A stretch of 64,000 nt of DNA, taken from Squalus acanthias (taxonomy: Eukaryota). Location of the stretch: contig CM059431.1 of assembly GCA_030390025.1 (NCBI GenBank), forward strand, positions 107,200,001 through 107,264,000. Reading direction: 5' to 3'. The notes under the pieces are model-generated. The model made no database searches and was not told where the DNA came from. It was given only the letters and a program-made list of their open reading frames with translations. Made by a program: the position numbers and the translations under genes. Shown here in pieces: positions 61,430-64,000 of this stretch (within the stretch, counting starts at the first letter, position 1; each line of letters starts with the position of its first letter).

Positions 61430-61675
61430 GCGACCACCACACCAGCCGGCAACGCATTCCATCCTGACTTGGAAGTATATCGCTGTTCCTTCATCATCGC
61501 TGGGTCAAAATCCTGGAACTCCCTCCCTAACAGCACTGTGGGAGTACCTTCACCACACGGACTGCAGTGGTTCAAGATGGCGGCTCACCACCACCTTCTG
61601 AAGGGCAACTAAGGATGGGCAATAAATGCTGGCCTTGCCAGCGACGCCCACATCCCATGAAGAAATTAAAAAAAA
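61430..61675 (+). mobile_element. LINE 3' end (MEYSPLA family)
   Basis: Reverse complement of about 39505-39730, with an A-rich tail. Confidence 0.8.
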
Positions 61676-62109
61676 GAGGCTCACTACTCTCTGGGAAAAG
61701 AGGAACCGCCTAACATCAAATTTGCTCCTACTCTTACATAGTTTAACCCAATAACATTAATACATCAAAGACAAAAAAACAAACCTCTCTTCCTCTTTTC
61801 CTCCCAAAGTGCCGAAAGAAGAAGCAGATGAAGAACCTGCCCCCACTGCATCAGGCCATGCCAGCCCTGCACAGTATGGACTATCACTAACTCTAACCCT
61901 AACCCAAGCACCAACTCAGAGACATATGCCCTGGCACAATTAAAGAATAAGCAAGAAAGCTGTGCTCTGGATGAATCATGGAGCATGAATGAACAGTGGC
62001 AGCTGGGGTGGAACACAAGGAGAAAGACGTTGCTGACTGGAGGCTGAAGACACATCATCTCTCAGCTGAAGATCCTGGAGAGCCAGATCTCGTGGGTCCT
62101 GCTTTTAGA

Positions 62110-62525
62110 ATAACAACAACAACTTGTATTTATATAGCGCCTTTAACGTAGTAAAACGTCCCAAGGCGCACAGGAATATTTTAAGACAAACAATTTGACA
62201 CCGAGCCACAAAAGGAGAAATTAGGGCAGGTGACCAAAAGCTTAGTCACAGAGGTAGGTTTTAAGGAGCATCTTAAAGGAGGAAAGAGAGGTAGAGAGGC
62301 GGAAAGATTTAGGCAGGGAATTCCAGAGCTTAGAGCCCAGGCAAAAGAAGGCACGGACACCAATGGTTGAGCGATTATAATCAGGGATCCTCAAGAGGGC
62401 AGAATTAGAGGAGCGCAGATATCTCGGGGGGGGGGGGTTGTGGGGCTGAAGGAGATTACAGAGATAGGGAGGGGGGGCGAGGCCATGGAGGGATTTGAAA
62501 GCAAGGTTGAGAATTTTGAAATCGA
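62110..62525 (-). mobile_element. L2 3' fragment
   Basis: DFKILNLAFKSLHGLAPP.YLCNLL...KLWNSLP. Confidence 0.88.
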
Positions 62526-63174
62526 AGAAGATGAGATCTTGCACAGAAAAAAAGCACAGGTCCTGGACAAGTGTCAGACAGTGCGTTGGAGATGGTGGAC
62601 CAGGTGGAGGAATCCACTACCTCTATGTCCAGCCCCCTCAGGCGTAGCTTTTGCAGCGCTACAGTCAATTTTGGAACGTGTGGCAGCTCCAGAGACATTT
62701 GTAGTTGAATCTCCCACAATGGTGGGCCTATTCCTCCAAAAGCACTAAGGCCTAGGAATGTGTCTTGGGAGGTGGCGCAAAGCGGGCGGAATCGGATCGG
62801 CCGCCCGTTCTACGCAGCGACTGATATTCTGTTCTATTGACTGCAATGGAACTGAATCTCAGGCGCTGCATATAATGGGTGGTCGATCCGATACTGCCTC
62901 TTTGCCCCACCGCCTGACACGAATTTCTAGGCCTAATTCTACAACTTTTTCATCTCTACTTAACAAAGAGTCCTGTCATATCCTTTTCGAACCTCCAGTG
63001 TAACATATTGAATCAGTTTGCTCAGACTATGGACTGTACTATTGACCCCTGCCAGCTGTTGTCCACCTCTCAATAAAACTATCAACCCTCCCCTTTAAGA
63101 TTTATGGGGGGGGCTGGGGGGGGCGCTATTTTCACCTCAGTGCCAATCTGTTTCTCAGCATAAATAGAGTCATT

Positions 63175-63897
63175 GTCATAGAGTTATACAGCACAGAAAG
63201 AGGCCCTTCGGCCCATCGTGTCCGCGCCGGCCATCAAGCCCTGTCTATTCTAATCCCATTTTCCAGCACTTGGTCCATAGCCTTGTATGCTATGGCATTT
63301 CAAGTGCTCATCTAAATGCTTCTTGAATGTTGTGAGGGTTCCTGCCTCTACCACCCTTTCAGGCAGTGAGTTCCAGATTCCAACCACCCTCTGGGTGAAA
63401 ATGTTTTCCCTCAAATCCCCTCTAAACCTCCTGCCCCTTACCTTGAAACTATGCCCCCTGGTTATTGACCCCTCTACTAAGGGGAAACGTTCCTTTCTAT
63501 CTACCCTATCTATGCCCCTCATACTTTTGTACACTTCTATCAGGTCCCCCCTCAGCCTTCTCTGCTCTAAAGAAAACAACCCCAGCCTGTCCAGTCTCTC
63601 TTCATAGCTGAAATGCTCCAGCCCAGGTAACATCCTGGTGAATCTCCTCTGCACCATCTCCAATGCAATCACATCCTTCTTATAGTGTGGCGACCAGAAC
63701 TGCACACAGTATTCCAGCTGTGGCCTAACTAGCGTTTTGTACAGCTCCATCATAACCTCCCTGCTCTTATATTCTATGCCTCGGCTAATGAAGGCAAGTA
63801 TCCCATATGTCTTTTTAACCACCTTATCTACCTGTCCTGCTGCCTTCAGGGATCTATGTACATGCATACCAAGGTCCCTCTGATCCTCTGTCCTTCC
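63175..63897 (-). mobile_element. CR1 3' fragment (205-codon open stretch)
   Basis: ORF 63250..63867 is the CR1 ORF2 C-terminus, followed by a tail. Confidence 0.92.
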
Positions 63898-64000
63898 TAA
63901 ATGGGGAAGCGAGTCAATTTTAAAAAAAACTATCGCTCAGTTGCCGCCCAACGATCTCGTGATGTGATTTTTGAGGAGGTCTGAGTGTAGGTGGCCAGCG

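Noticed and set aside
1..64000. CRISPR arrays, operons or other prokaryotic systems
   Set aside because: No regularly spaced repeat-spacer array and no gene-dense organisation. The content is vertebrate repeat-rich DNA.

Overview
Eukaryotic vertebrate DNA, most likely shark (inferred from Deu-domain SacSINE1-like SINEs together with CR1, L2 and Penelope families). The window is intronic or intergenic and dominated by nested transposable elements. I found no prokaryotic features, CRISPR array, rRNA or true tRNA gene. Main contents: (1) a 3.4-kb PIF/Harbinger element with an apparently intact three-exon Myb/SANT gene facing an in-frame internally deleted transposase; (2) two copies of a more deleted Harbinger family and many Harbinger MITEs; (3) several Penelope-like (PLE) inverted insertions with 13-14 bp target-site duplications (TSDs) and minimal hammerhead-like motifs, one of which brackets an uninterrupted 460-codon CR1 reverse-transcriptase (RT) fragment; (4) a decayed Tx1/L1-type ORF1 whose 5' end abuts the first 31 nt of a SINE; (5) two solo LTRs; (6) many CR1, L2 and RTE fragments and tRNA-derived SINEs; (7) weak candidate short host-gene exons. 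All calls were made by eye without database searches, and boundaries lacking a TSD are approximate.
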